Shown here: positions 1-13,580 of the stretch, in pieces
Layout of the letters: every line of letters starts with the position of its first letter
Numbering within the stretch: position 1 is the stretch's first letter
Assembly (NCBI GenBank): GCA_965655095.1
Contig: OZ296649.1
Coordinates: forward strand, 61,256,001-61,320,000
Origin: Haplodiscus bocki
Lineage: Eukaryota
Length of the DNA: 64,000 nucleotides
Direction: 5' to 3'
The notes under the pieces: generated by a model
The model's input: only the letters and a program-made list of their open reading frames with translations
What the model was told of the DNA's origin: nothing
Database searches by the model: none
Translations under genes and position numbers: made by a program

Positions 1-1155
1 TGGTTTTTCTCCCTCCTATGTACTCAAAATCGTTGTTCGAAGTCCATCGTGCCTTTAATTTTTTCTTCTTTTGGATATTTTTCCGCATACCTTGTGACAT
101 CTGCTAGAAACTTGGTCTTTGAGCGCTCATATCCCCGCGACTATGGTAGCTAATGGGATAAGTTTTTTGATTCAAGTCGAAACCATTCTGGGCTACATTT
201 GGCTGAAAGGAGTCTTCAAAAAATTTGTTTTTCATGGTTTTTTTGCCTAAACAGCGTGAAAAGTCGGAAAACTGTACTACTAACATGGTATTGTTGCAAC
301 TGTTGTTTCTCCCAGTAGTGACTCACAGCTCTTTAAACTGCATCAATGAGGTCTAAATTTCTCCCACTCCTTCTACTGTATCATCAGAAGTTACAAAAAT
401 TTCCGACAGTCGATAAATTGCCCGGATATCTTATTTCGTTCCCAGAGGGTCGAACTTTTACTCAAGACTTGCCTTCGTGGCTGGCTTAGCTCTAACCATT
501 GGGGAGCTTACCGAGTATCCATCGAAAGTTTTCTTTAGCGTCGAAAATGCGAATCTCTTGATTTCTTTGAACCAATAAAATGTTGAGAAAACTATTAATT
601 TCTGCCGAATTTAGTCAATTTGGAGTCTTTTTTGTTATGGCATTCGTTTCCAATTCCAGTACTATTTGCCTGCACGACCATAGAAACCCAAGAGACGTAC
701 ATAATCATTTCTGAAAAAAAGTGGCTTTTTTTGCCGTCCAGCAGGACGTTGTGCTAAAAATTTTCGGACGGCCGAAGCTTTTTTAAAGAATGAACCATAA
801 GTTTTCTGTAAACTATGTAGATATCAAATAAGGCTGACATCGCTGAAGTACCATGTTATCGTTGCAAATTCCATCAAGTCCTTTTTAGGCCCAACCATTT
901 CGAAATATTCCCAGTTTGCAGTTGTCGCAGTCTTTTCTTCTTTTCTTCAGGTGCTTCTCTCCGAGCGAGAATGGCTACAGAAGTTTATTTCTCAGCCTGA
1001 TAAAACTCCTTTTTTTAGATCAAAGTTTTCGTGTGTAGTGTTTATAATGTTTCATTTTTTGAGGGGCTGTTTTACTCGAAGCCCACGGGAAACACTAGTT
1101 GCGCCCATGTTTTTTTAGTTCTTCCTGCCCTTGATTTTGACGTCACTCTGCGTTT

Positions 1156-1355
1156 NNNNNNNNNNNNNNNNNNNNNNNNNNNNNNNNNNNNNNNNNNNNN
1201 NNNNNNNNNNNNNNNNNNNNNNNNNNNNNNNNNNNNNNNNNNNNNNNNNNNNNNNNNNNNNNNNNNNNNNNNNNNNNNNNNNNNNNNNNNNNNNNNNNNN
1301 NNNNNNNNNNNNNNNNNNNNNNNNNNNNNNNNNNNNNNNNNNNNNNNNNNNNNNN
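1156..1355. other. Assembly gap (200 N)
   Basis: Run of N. Confidence 0.99.
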
Positions 1356-1439
1356 TAAAAGTCTTGCTTCACATATCAAACTTTTTTAATGTCGAGGCAG
1401 TCTGTTGATTTTAATTGTTAATTTCGGCCTTGTTGACCG

Positions 1440-2300
1440 TGTAAATCTCTCAAGCTTTAGGCGGCAAATGGCGTAACCTAAAAAGAAATGATTGGCCAAT
1501 CAATTTTCATGTACGAGATACTGAGACAGGTACTTGTCTCAATTCGATTTTTGAATCAAACCGTTGATTGACAGCTAGTGTAATAATTCTCAAAGTGTCA
1601 ATCCGATCTCAGGTCATTGTTTCAATTATTCTTTAGGTTCTTTGATGTGCATTTTCTATTCATGATTCCAACTGACAAGTCAGAATGTGGTGCGAAGTTC
1701 TTTTGGATCTGTGTTGTAAATTGTAAACGGCTTGTCCCCAGTTTTATATCCTGTTCAAAACTTGCATTTTTTGGTGTCATCAAAGTGTCTTGTGTTCACA
1801 GTCTCAAACAAGGACAGTCTTTGAGAAATTGGGCAGGTACTTGTTAATCTTCGCGTTCTGAAATGTTCCTTTTTAAAAAAAATGTTGTGAAAAAAGTCAT
1901 CATTGTCCTATAAGGTCATGTTTGACATAGCAACGTTTTGAGTGTGATGCACAGCATGGGCAGTGAATTGTTCATTTTCGCGTTCTTTTTTGTGCGGGTC
2001 TCTCAAACATTGGGCTGTAAAGTGGCGTAACCTAAAACATTATTGGCACATCAAATGTTTGAGTATGAGATAGTGTACTGTGGCAGGCACTTATATCAAT
2101 TGACTAATTTCGAAAAAACTTTTGATGCACAGCTGGTTTAGTATATTTTTAGAAGTATCAATGTCCATGCGATCATGGTTTACATAATCTCTCTGGATCT
2201 TTGATGTGTACTTTCTTTTCTTGATTTCAACTGACAATTCAGAATGTGTTTTTGGATTTTGTTCAAACAAGCTAGTTTCAAAAATTTTTGTTCCCAAAAA
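1440..2300. repeat. Diverged direct duplication, ~555 bp period
   Basis: TGGCGTAACCTAAAA at ~1469 and ~2023, followed by alignable sequence (caggtacttgtctcaatt / caggcacttatatcaatt; caactgacaagtcagaatgtg / caactgacaattcagaatgtg). Confidence 0.7.
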
Positions 2301-2739
2301 ATTTGAAGAATTTCATCGTTTCAGTGATATAATTTGACTGTGAAAAGATCAATGAATTACAAAATTAACGAAATTAACTTATCGTAAGGCATGTGGAATC
2401 AAATTTGTTTCATTTCAAACATTGAATATTTTTGTGTTTCGATATATTATAGAAATCAAATCATATCAGTGGCCCTAGCTTTCAGGTGAATCGTTAGGAC
2501 ACAAATATTTCAAAAAAGTGCGTTTTTTATCACTACGGCTTGTCCTAAAAGGCGTTCTCATCAGTTTACTTTATAGAAACTGGACAGTAAATTGTTTAGG
2601 AATGTAAATTGTTCACTACTCACAGATTTCATTCTCAATAATTGAGGTTATACTAAATTGTAGGTTATTAATCACTTGCTTATGATAGATCAGTAACATC
2701 TTCCGAGTGCTGTGGAGTGACCTCTATTGTGTTGCACAT

Positions 2740-3900
2740 TGACACCCTCACTCAGACTTGACCATTTTTGACATCCGGATGACTTCCATTCCATCTTGAA
2801 CCTCGAAAAGAAGTTCAATTTCAGTCAATTAACCGCTTCTCGACTCTTACTGACACCGATTATGCACCCGCCCAAAACTTCCTTTTGATTGAAGATTTCT
2901 TCCCACAACATCCTCAGTTTTGTTACAGTTTTAGCCGGTATGATTTAGGTCGGCAAATTAAATTGTTCAATGCGAACAAATCTTTTTCCGGTTTCAGCAT
3001 CCAAAATTTTATGGAAAAAACAGTTTCAACATCAAGTTGCTGAACTGAGATGTTTCTGAGCTGCAAGTTGTAGAGAACTAGTCTTTAGTTTTATGAAAAA
3101 CTTCCGGTGCAAAATTTTTGCTTAGTTTAATGCTTCCTTTGAGGCGAACCCTTTGTGACATCTACTCTTCAAAATCCAGTGTTCGTCTCTAACCCTTCAT
3201 TTTACTGACGCCTTTTTCAGGTATAACACTTCTGCCTGTTGGCTTTTCTATCAACAACTAGGTGCTTTTTCTTTTTGAAACTAAAAACTTTTTACTCCCT
3301 GGATTCTCTTTATTTTTCTGCGCCAACTTTTTGGCATCTCTTGAGTAGCTTAGATTGTAGGCCTCTCGAGTTTCAATATAAACTGTGCTGAAGGTATTCC
3401 TCGCATTTTGCAGTTTTCTCAGGTTCCTTTTGTATCTTTTGGACTGAAATTTGGCTTTTTCTCCTAGTTGTCAAGACTCTCAAATAGCTCGTTCCAGGTG
3501 CTCATTTGCTCCGATTACTTGCTTTTATGGAGACTTGGCTTGTTAGGAATCATGCTTTCTTAGATTGCTCGGATTATGCAATAACTTCCATTTCTGAGTC
3601 ACTGTGATTGGAGCCAAAGTTCACATCCACTTAATATTGGGCAAATTTGCCCTGATGATGCTTTTTAGGGTCTCTTTTAAATTGGGTTAAAATGCTTATC
3701 TGAGTCTTTTACGGCTGGGATTGGCCTTAGTTGATTTACATGAGATATTGTGGAAGCTTATTCGACAAATGCAGTAAAACTGACTTTCAAATAGAGAACT
3801 TATACGAGGACTGAGCATCCTTGGAAAGAAACACCAAAGTGCTGAAGCAAAAATGCTCCTTGAAATCCATGAATGATTTTTCCTATATTGTTTCACTTAA
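2740..3900 (-). pseudogene. Possible decayed non-LTR retrotransposon (LINE) ORF2 fragment
   Basis: Minus-strand SREAVN*LKIELLFEVQDGMEVIRMSK near 2770-2850 resembles the EV..AI..LK..KS.G.DG motif preceding LINE RT; many stops. Confidence 0.3.
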
Positions 3901-4144
3901 ATATAACTGAAAAAGGTGTTTTACGCGTTTTTAAATACAAATTTGCGCTAATGAACTGTTTGCAGACCTTACAATAGCCATAACTATAATGATATTCTAC
4001 TATCGCGATATTATTGCAACTGCATTTCTTTTAAAAATTCCTTACTCTACAAATTATTGTTAGGTAAATTAAAAATGACAGCAATTAATTTACAGTTAAC
4101 AGAATTTAGAAGAAGAATCCAAAACAAGTTTTTCTTTTCTACAG

Positions 4145-4260
4145 ATACAATTGCTTTGGAAAAGATATCAGAGATGGTTTCAACTGGTCATGTGTGGCTA
4201 CGATATGTTTTCTCTATTTCACCATGCTCATTCCTGAACTCACCTTCGGAGCTTCACTGT
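4145..4260 (+). CDS. SLC4 family anion/bicarbonate transporter, exon (TM1)
   Basis: ttttctacag acceptor, gtaagt donor; encodes (R)YNCFGKDIRDGFNWSCVATICFLYFTMLIPELTFGASL, aligning to AE1 [39 protein letters not shown]. Its last T joins AT of the next exon to give Tyr. Confidence 0.9.
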
Positions 4261-4851
4261 GTAAGTGCCTTCGTATTTTTTAAAAACTACCGACTATTGA
4301 TATAAATTATTTCTTTTTCAAAACTGTTCTAACATCGACTGGAACTTTTTTAAAGCTTTTCTTAGAAGTTTTTCCATCTCCTAAAGTTACCTTGGAACAC
4401 GAAAAACAAAACTGACCAAAAGTTTTTATTGCAAAATCTGTTTCGTGGGGAGAAAATAAAGAAATTATGTTACCCCATTGACTTATTTTCAAAAATGTTT
4501 TCAATGTAAGCACCAGAAAAGTCATGCACTTCATTGATATCATTTTTTAAGCGCCAGGCAGAAGCAGTCAAATTTATCCCAAAACGCATGTTTTTTTATC
4601 CTGGATCACCAGCTAATAATACAGCAACATTAATCGGGTTTGGTTTTTTAAACACGCCCGGTTAAGGAAAAACTCGGTTCTAGAGCTATTTCAAAACTTT
4701 GACTAGCTATTTGGAAAACCTTATTGAAAAGCGACCTTACGGCATGCGAACTTGTTGCACTTTAATTCGTCGGTGAGATAGCGCAAGCAAAATTGGCGAC
4801 TAGTTGCTGCATTGACTTTGCCAGGTTTGCAAAATGGTTGCCAACAAACTG

Positions 4852-5011
4852 NNNNNNNNNNNNNNNNNNNNNNNNNNNNNNNNNNNNNNNNNNNNNNNNN
4901 NNNNNNNNNNNNNNNNNNNNNNNNNNNNNNNNNNNNNNNNNNNNNNNNNNNNNNNNNNNNNNNNNNNNNNNNNNNNNNNNNNNNNNNNNNNNNNNNNNNN
5001 NNNNNNNNNNN
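4852..5011. other. Assembly gap (160 N)
   Basis: Run of N. Confidence 0.99.
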
Positions 5012-7115
5012 TTATTTTTCAATGTCACACTCAATTTCCTCTTCTTGTTGCTTTCAGTGTTTGCGTTTTTGGCGCTCAGCCTTGGTCGGTTTCAAGTCCG
5101 TATGTATGAACGTTTCTGATTATTTATCAAGTAAAGGACGAGTTGATAAAAGTTATGAAGATCTGATTGTTTTAATTTGGATGACTGACGATGCAAGAGA
5201 TATACATACATTATTGAGCGAATTACAGTAAAGCGGCAAGTTTTTCATACAATTTCACAATGCATTTATTTATCGGCTGATTGTGTCAAAGTTGCATTAC
5301 AACTATGCGGAGTTTTATGGTCGCGTGACTGATGGTCAGAAGGTATTCCTACCATTGGTGAGCTCTCAATGGCTCACCTCTAGTTTCATTAGTTGAATTT
5401 GTTGAGGTGTGAACGCAAATCCGACGCTAGAGTGCTTTTAAAACTTGCCGTTAGAATAAAATTTGTATAATCAACGCTGAGTTGAAAAAAAAAAACTAGT
5501 TTTGGCGACTGAATTTTGATATCCAAAATAGAATTACTTTTAAATTTAAAAAATCTGGTGCTTAATCAAGATTTCAACATACGGCGAAGGAGAAGCATCG
5601 TTATTGGGATTTTGTGTTTAATACAAACAGAGTCCTGTGAACTTCAAAACTATTTTACAATTTTAGCATTTGAATGCTCTGTACTGTGAAGTAGCTGAAG
5701 ATAGTCGATATAGTAGCTGTAATGCATTGGTGAGTTGTGTAGAAGGCTAGTTCAGCGAGTTATGCTGGTTTCCGCTGTAGTTCGATGTTTTGATGGATAC
5801 TAAGTGAAATACAATGAAAATCAATTTTTCATCGCTTTCTATCGGAGCCGATGGTAACCAATGTTGCTTTGAAAGAACTTCAACCGGAAAATCGGAGATC
5901 ACCAATTATTTTGCGAAAGAATGACAACCGATGTTTCTCCGAAAGAGTTATCGGAACAAAAAGATGTTTTATCATTTTCCATCTACATTGATGACAACGA
6001 TGATGTATAATGTTCACTGGACAATCTATACTGCTTTAAACATCGTTTCCGTCAGCACAAAGTGCAGGCCATGGAAACCGATGTTTAGTTTTGCTAGTAG
6101 CTGTCATGTCGTTCAATCACGAGAACCGATGTCTCGTGCGAAATATATTGAACCAAAGAAATCAACAAACAGAACATTTCCCGATAAAGTGGCGATTCCG
6201 CTCGTTTGGTGATATCAGTCAAATAGTCATTTGGATTTTTAGAGAGGACACTTGTAATGTATCGTTTGTTTTCGGGCTGAAACGTACTGGTGTCTTTTGA
6301 TTTCTTCAAAACTTTTTATGCAGCATTGAACTTCACTTCGATTTCAGCATCCTTCTGAGAAGACCTGAACTCCAGTGCTTTATTGGAGAAACTGCCAATT
6401 AAATGCTCAGCAATACTAGATGTATGTATAGTGTATATCACGTTCATATCAGTGAAAGAAAACAAGTAGCATGACATAGCAGCCTATATCAGCAGTTAAT
6501 ATTTCATCCATTTTTCAGTTCCACGACATAATTGACATGTTACGTATATAAATCATGAAAATATGCTTGCAGAATATCATCAAAGACAACGAATCACGTT
6601 TGAGTCTTTTGTTTTTCTGAAATGGCGTCACCTGGGTGATTCATCATTGAAATGTTATTCAAACTCAACTTGTTTTCAACTGGCAGTATAATAGGGAGTT
6701 CTTAGATCGGTTTGGAATCTTTCTTGAGTTGAAAGTTACCATGGAGTTAAAGTCATGAAAGCACTACGAGAATAGCATTGCAAAGTGAACCCGCGGTGGT
6801 GCATCCGTGGTTGCTTTGGCACCATGTAGGCTTAGGACTTCATTGAAAATCATTTTTTCACTCATTCCCATCATAACGCAGTTTTCAAAACAGATTGAAC
6901 GTTTGCTTTCAGAATTTTCTCAAGGTGAATGAATTATCAGACAAACAGAGAATTTCGATCCGTGTTGTTCTGGATATGCACGTCACAATGCACAGGGATT
7001 TACATTTCCTCTTTTGCTCAAGTGTTACTGACCATAAAATGTTGAATTAATTTTTGCTAAAACGTTACTACATCGTGAACTGTTGACCATTCTCTGCAAT
7101 GATAGTTGTTCCAAA

Positions 7116-7700
7116 TCAGCGGCTGTCTCGACGACTGTGATGAGTGTGTGGTTGCCGGTCAAAGCGTGTTTCTGGGACCGACAATTCACTTACCTCGTCC
7201 GGAATGTATAGCCGAGTCTCATCGCTCACATTTGGAACACGTAGTGTGTTGTTGTTTTCAGATGCGTTTTCAAAAGAGGCGTTAATCCCTACACGTTCCC
7301 CACGTTCTGAGTTTGCAGTTACACTAGTCACATCCCGTCCCGAAGATGCATTTATTGACCTGATAGCTAACTCGATTTTAGGAGCGATAATGTTATCAAT
7401 CGCGGCCAATATTGCATTTTGTATCCTGTCTTCAACTGTATCAACAATATTGTTCATTTCTCTGTCAATCCTTTCATTAAAACACCTTTCCAAAGTTTTC
7501 ACACTCATCGCATTCCCATTAACAGTTGAACTATCGTAAGAAGTACCGACGGTAAATTCCTGGTCATTGATACCTTCGTTGACCGCAACATTTTCTTGTC
7601 TTTTACTTGCGGTATTGCCGATAAACACGTCTTGCTCAAAGTCGTCTAACTGGCTAAGTAGCCTTTTGTTTGACTGTCTTTTCTTCCTAGTAGAAACCAT
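7116..7700 (-). CDS. LTR-encoded ORF, probably the N-terminus of a gag-like ORF1 (194 aa as it stands)
   Basis: Uninterrupted ORF MVSTRKKRQSNKRLL...RQPHTHH; 188 codons lie inside the LTR and the last 6 (SRRDSR) plus stop come from flanking DNA. Basic N-terminus, coiled-coil-like middle. Confidence 0.6.
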   Translation of the reverse strand: MVSTRKKRQSNKRLLSQLDDFEQDVFIGNTASKRQENVAVNEGINDQEFTVGTSYDSSTVNGNAMSVKTLERCFNERIDREMNNIVDTVEDRIQNAILAAIDNIIAPKIELAIRSINASSGRDVTSVTANSERGERVGINASFENASENNNTLRVPNVSDETRLYIPDEVSELSVPETRFDRQPHTHHSRRDSR

Positions 7701-8890
7701 GTTTGTTTAATAACTGAATTGTATTATAAGTGGGCAATTAACAAAACATGAAATCAGATGGATATTTAAATCACAAGATTAGTAAAGTTACAATAATCAC
7801 GAAAGGGAAACACCAGTTTTCGAAAAGTTTCAGCAGACTGCGTCTTGAGATCACAGTTTTTTCTTCTGATTTTTTCTCCTTTGCTCGGGTGTTACCTTAT
7901 TCTCACCTTCCTTTTGATTCGTCCACCAATAGGGTGCTGCGGACCGTTGATGTCATACTGTCGACTCTATTTATAAATAAAACATCAAAGGGTTAATCCG
8001 AATTACATGTCGTCATCGTTACATCACTCTAATAATAGAATCAAAGCGAACTTAAAAGGGGGGAATGCCGAATAAATCATGACAATCAAGTTATGGTTAT
8101 GGAAGCTGGATAAATATTCAGGGTTAAGAAAATCATGTTTACATGCGTAGTTTATATCATTAGTGGTCAATCATGGTTATAATATGGTAGATATAATAAG
8201 AATATCGATATTAAAGTTCGTGCACAGGTTTTAACTTTGATCTAAAATATGGTGGTCAAACGTGGGCTCTATGACCGTCTTTTGACCAGGTAATATTTTC
8301 ACTTGGGATTATGGTAATAAATAGCACTAAGCAATTTAATATCACGTAATTGATAATTAAGTACTTATATAAATAAGTAGCAACGTCTTTTAATTGTATA
8401 TGGTTATACATTTGCTTTTCTGACTTCATTTGGCCGTATTTCGCCTTTTGTTTAAAAGCGACCACTCGCTTTGAGCAGAGTGGTCAAAATTAGGTCCTTG
8501 TGACCGAATTTTGACCACGCTTGAGCGGCGCTTTCGCTTGGTCAGACTTTGGCAAGAATACTTGTTTTGACCAATCAAATTTAAGTATAAGACTACAGAT
8601 GAATTGAGCACTGTAAACATTTGTCTAAGACCTTTCTTTCATGATACAAGCTACTTTGATATTTGTATGGATTTTGCACTTAAATAGATAAATATTCATA
8701 GGATCATATATGTATCTATATATTAGTATATAAATATATATAAGAATATAACTTCAAAATGGTGGGGGTTTTATCCCGCGGTTTATTAAAGGGTAGTTTT
8801 ATTATATTAGTCTTCAAATAAGGGCAAAGCGTAGTCCTGTGTGACTGAGTTTTGCCCGTTACGGTTGATGGAGTATACCATGCCGTCACA
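7136..8890 (-). mobile_element. Solo LTR (~1.75 kb) of an LTR retrotransposon
   Basis: Bounded by TGTGA (7136) and TCACA (8890), the TG...CA inverted ends typical of LTRs; no internal retroelement genes adjacent; TSD not clean. Confidence 0.65.
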
Positions 8891-11089
8891 GGCGGCAGCC
8901 TGCGACAACGACAAAATTATCCATAAAAAATTGACTCAAAATCTACATTCAGTTTTCACGGATGCATAGCAATGCGGAAGGAAAATCTTTATATGCCGAA
9001 GTTAACTGGAAAAAAAATGAGGCGTTCAAAAACTTTGGAAACTGCTGCACAGTTCAATCCAATTTGTTTGAATTGCATGCTATTACGCAGTTGATTAGAG
9101 CGACAAATTAAGAAGTTTTGCCGAGAATCATGCCAAAACATCAAAACATCAAAGAAATAAATCTTATAGTGAACATTGACAGCAAGTGATCATGACAACC
9201 ATGACAACAAAGGAAAACACTACTTTCTTTAGAGCATTACAAATTCTAATAAGGTCAAATTTTCCCCTGACTGCAAAAGGAATGCACATTTCCGAGCTCG
9301 TATGGAAAATTTTTGTCGGTGAAATTGCACCAATGGTGAAGTTGCACCAATCAAAGTGCTTTTCAGAAAAATTACCTAGAAAAAGAATACAATCAAAGCA
9401 TCTCTTTTTCAAGCGACAGTCTCAAAAATGAAGTATTGTATCTGATCACAGCTGAAATTACTGATTCCCAAGGTTGAGAGCTTCTCGCTTTTTTGGCAGG
9501 CAAGTTGAAATTAAAGTTATTCAGTCCTAGTTGATTGGAATTGAAGGAGCTCGAAAAAAACCGATCTTGCGTCAGTCATCCAGACAATTGTTAAAACAAT
9601 GTCATTGGTTCAAGACGGACGGCAATCCTTAAATCCCGTTTATTACTTGCAGTTTCCGATTTCTGGTGCAGGCAATCACAAAAGTTGACATTTGCTTGTC
9701 ATTGGTTGAGTCCGTTGAAATAATATAAAACGTTCAAAATAGTTTGGGTGAAGATTGTGTCAGGGATTATCATACAAAAATCCAGAGAATCTTGAGACCT
9801 TGTCCATCAAACTGTGTATAACATTGCTGATATTTCATCTGAGACATCAGATGAAAGCTATCAACTCAATGTAACTGCTGTTGTTAAATCAAAGTTTGTT
9901 ATGCTCGTGGAGAAATTGTTCCAGGTCTTCTTGACCCCCAAAAAGAACAACTGACTGTCGAACACTTGAAGTTCATTTGCATCTCACATTTATTGAATGG
10001 TGATGAGTGAACCGTGGAACATTCGATAACTCAATTTTTCACTCATTTTTTGTATGTTTTTTCTCAATTCGTTGTTCAGTTTCTGGATTTTTAAACCCAA
10101 TAAAGTTCGAACCCTTGCAAAATGCCAAACTAACTATTAAATGTATTAGTTTTATCACTCAATGTTTAGATTTTTTCATCATGGAGATTGTGGCCTTAGT
10201 GTCATCTGTAGGACTAAATAACCCACCCATACTGATTTGATATGCTTAAGATTGATGTATGAAATTCGTTGTCTATGCATACCTACACCTTATGTTTAGG
10301 ATGTGATTGACTCTGCAACAAAACAGTCAATTCAATTCCTTCTTTATTAGTTTGCTTAGTTGAAAGTGCCAGATTTTGATCAGTTTTACATACAGGTAAA
10401 CTGAAAAACTACTTTGCTGCAAGACCCCTTGTGTTGTATATTTAATATTGTTTTTGCAGTTCAATGAATGTTACCGGAAAACTTCGGAATTCGATGACTA
10501 TTGCAGAGCCTATCAATTAAGGAAAACTTTTTCATCAAAATGAGGTTGCAATCTTTTCCGCTAATGAAATACAAATTTGTCCTGTTATCACATTGTTGAA
10601 GGAAAATAGATACCTTCTTGGCGTATACCTGTGAAATTGCTGTGAACTTTACTCAGGCATTACCAAGTCACTGCGTGTTAACTTTGCCAATCCGATCAAA
10701 TTAGAATACTGAGCTACAACTGCTCTTCTATTCTCCGCACTTTAACTAAATGAAAACTTCAAAAATGCTATAGACTACAAAAGATACGGGTTGGTCATCT
10801 TTATAGCTCTAAGAGGCGCAATCGTTTTAGTTCACCGCCTTTGACAAAAATTCGCAAATTCTTTGGAGGTGTAATTTTAACTGCGTGGGAGTTTCTTTAC
10901 TTTTTATCTGTTTTCAGGAATCCGTTTGAGTTTTTGGGGCTTGTTATGGCCCTTTTTTAGTCTTTTTTTACTGGGATAAGCGCAGAAAAAATTGCTTTTA
11001 CTGGTTGTGGTAGTTTTGTTCCTTCGACTCAAAATCAGGAAAAAAATGATATGAAATCTTTCAAGCACTTCTTGATCTTCTCTCAACAG

Positions 11090-11244
11090 ATGAGGCAACA
11101 AATCAATCAATGCGCATTGAGATGACTATGATTGGATCAGGTGTATGTTGTTTCGTGTTCAGCATGCTTGGGGGACAGCCTATTCTCATTGTGGGCACAA
11201 CAGGACCTGTGGTTCTTTTCGAAAAAGTTCTCTACATGTTCTCC
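11090..11244 (+). CDS. SLC4 family transporter, exon (TM2-TM3)
   Basis: tctcaacag acceptor, gtaagt donor; encodes EATNQSMRIEMTMIGSGVCCFVFSMLGGQPILIVGTTGPVVLFEKVLYMFS with the SLC4 GQP...GP..FE signature; phases fit both neighbours. Confidence 0.95.
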
Positions 11245-13318
11245 GTAAGTTGATTCTTGAACATTATGGAAACAACAAACAAATTGTAAGCGAGGAAACC
11301 TTCGTGCGAAGGATTTCAGTTCTTTCTACTTATTTAAAAGTATATATTTTTATGTTCGTTTTCATGGTCATAATTTCATTTGAAATATGCATTTTCTGTT
11401 GTAGATTTCCTAATAGTTTTCACCGTCGTTGATGTTTCAAAACGTTGCAAAAGCTGAGTACGGTAAACCTTTGTTTGATTTACGATGCCGGGTTTTGCGC
11501 CCAGGCTGATCATACTTGGACCAAAGTACGGCACCATACTAATCATACAAAACTTCATATATGATCTTGATAAAATCTGTCTGGGATCATATATGGTCAC
11601 GACTATGGCCAACTAAATATCATAAATGACTTTAGTATGATCAGACCGGAATCATGGAATTCTTTTCACAGGTTTCAATTTTTCAATTTAGTCACTCTGG
11701 CAGGTGATGTGACAATTCGGACCAAATACCAAATTCGGACCAGAGACAGATTCGGACCGAAGACAAATTCGGCCCAAACTTTTAATTACCTCTAATTAGT
11801 GGTAATTAGCAGCTTTTATAAAATTTTGGACGATTGTAGCTCATCATAGTAATTATCGCCAATTAGATTTGTGAATGAATACAAAAAAAATATTACACAG
11901 GCGCCTTGATCTTATAACTTCCAAAACTTTGGCATTTCGCAATGCCCTGAAATCTACCAAAAACTTCCGTTTTCCAATTTTTTTTTAAAATGCGTTAAAA
12001 ACAAATTAAAACAAGCTACCTCACGGACATTGTTTCCTTCTAGCTTTGTTAAAAGTACGTTTTGGAGGGAAAATGGATTCTGTTTTTTCATCCCATTTGG
12101 AAGATTTTCAAAAAAACAAATTGCGTCCAGAAAAAAGTTTCGAAACAATTGTACTTTAATTTTTCCGAGTTAAAGTTGCACAAATTTGCCCTGAAATTTC
12201 ACCTATTATTTAACGTTTTCCAATTTTGCCAAAATGCATTAACGACATAACCTTCGTGAGAAGTGCATTTTTGAAGAAAAAATCTACTCCGCAGAATTTT
12301 TTTACTTCTTCCCTCATAGAAAAAATAACAAAACTTGCCAGAATCGTGCCGTTGACTAGTTACGTAAGAGAATGCCTGTGATGAGTGAATTATTTTTCTT
12401 CCATGTTGAACAATAGGCGAAAAATACTAATCCTCAACATCGTCATACCCCCTTTGGAATTTCGAAAATAAATTTCTCAGAGAAACTTTATATAAGTCGC
12501 GTTATAGTTAACGCTTAAACAGATATGATATATTCCATAAATACGTGAAGTAAGCTATTAAACAGGAAATGACTAATGTTTAACAAGAAAACTGCAGACG
12601 CTATTGACTAACCTTGCAGCTAGTGGACAATAAAAAATACTATGCTGTATAAAAGAAAGCTGAAGGATTGGAATTGCACAAAAGGAAAGAAAAGGAAAAT
12701 TTCTAAACGCGTTAGAATGTGGTTCAACGCGATTGGATCAATATTCAAATTTAGCCATGCACCATGGTTGCATGATCACGTGGTACGATAGCGAGTATAA
12801 AAACCCCGTACAATCTCATTTCTCAGAGATTTTATCCACCGTCAACTAGCCATTTCCCCGAGGCGAAACTCTCTTCCACTTTCCTCTCATCATAATTCTG
12901 GAATTCAATCCTATTTCCAAAATTATTCTACGACAATCTCAAAATTTGTCTGAGCCAAATTTACTCATCCCCTCGACAAAATTATTCTAAGACAGTTTCA
13001 AAATTTGTCTTAGCCACAAATTCTGCAGAGCCGACCTACTCGCTCTCAGTTTCTCACCAAATGATCCTATTGGCTCTCGCTCAGCACGTGACCAAACGAG
13101 TATAAATACCCATTGCACAGCCATAATATTCACTCGCTTGCTACCGTCAACTACCCTACTTCCCCGACGCGAAACTCTCTTCCACCTTCCTCCCATCAAT
13201 ATTCTGGAAATATTCAAAGACTTTCCATCGACCACCCGGAAATATTCAAAGACTTTTTCGCCTGCAGAATTGTCTTAGCCGCAAATCACCAATATCCCGG
13301 AATTATTCAAAGACTTTC

Positions 13319-13580
13319 CCAGCAGCAGCAACCGGCAGCAGCAACCCGCAGCAGGAACCAGCAGCAGCAACCAGCTACAGCAATCAGCAGCAGCAACCAG
13401 CTACAGCAATCAGCAGCAGCAACCAGCAGCAGCAACCCGCAGAAGCAACCCGCAGAAACAACCAGCAGCAGCAAACAACTACAGCAATCAGCAGTAGCAA
13501 CCAGCAGCAGCGGTCAACAGCAGCAATCAACAGCAGCAACCGGCATCAGCAATCAGCCTTCATCCTACCAGCAGCACCTA
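13319..13580 (+). repeat. Degenerate CAG/CAA-rich minisatellite
   Basis: Repeated CAGCAGCAACCAG / CAGCAATCAG units; produces the low-complexity ORF 13113-13649. Confidence 0.85.

Noticed and set aside
1031-5231. ORFs containing X runs
   Set aside because: Artefacts of the two N gaps.
7144-7539. 131-aa plus-strand ORF
   Set aside because: Antisense shadow of the 7116-7700 ORF.
9450-10000. Protein-like minus-strand stretch (FLGVKKTWNNFSTSITNF...)
   Set aside because: Several stops and no motif I can assign.
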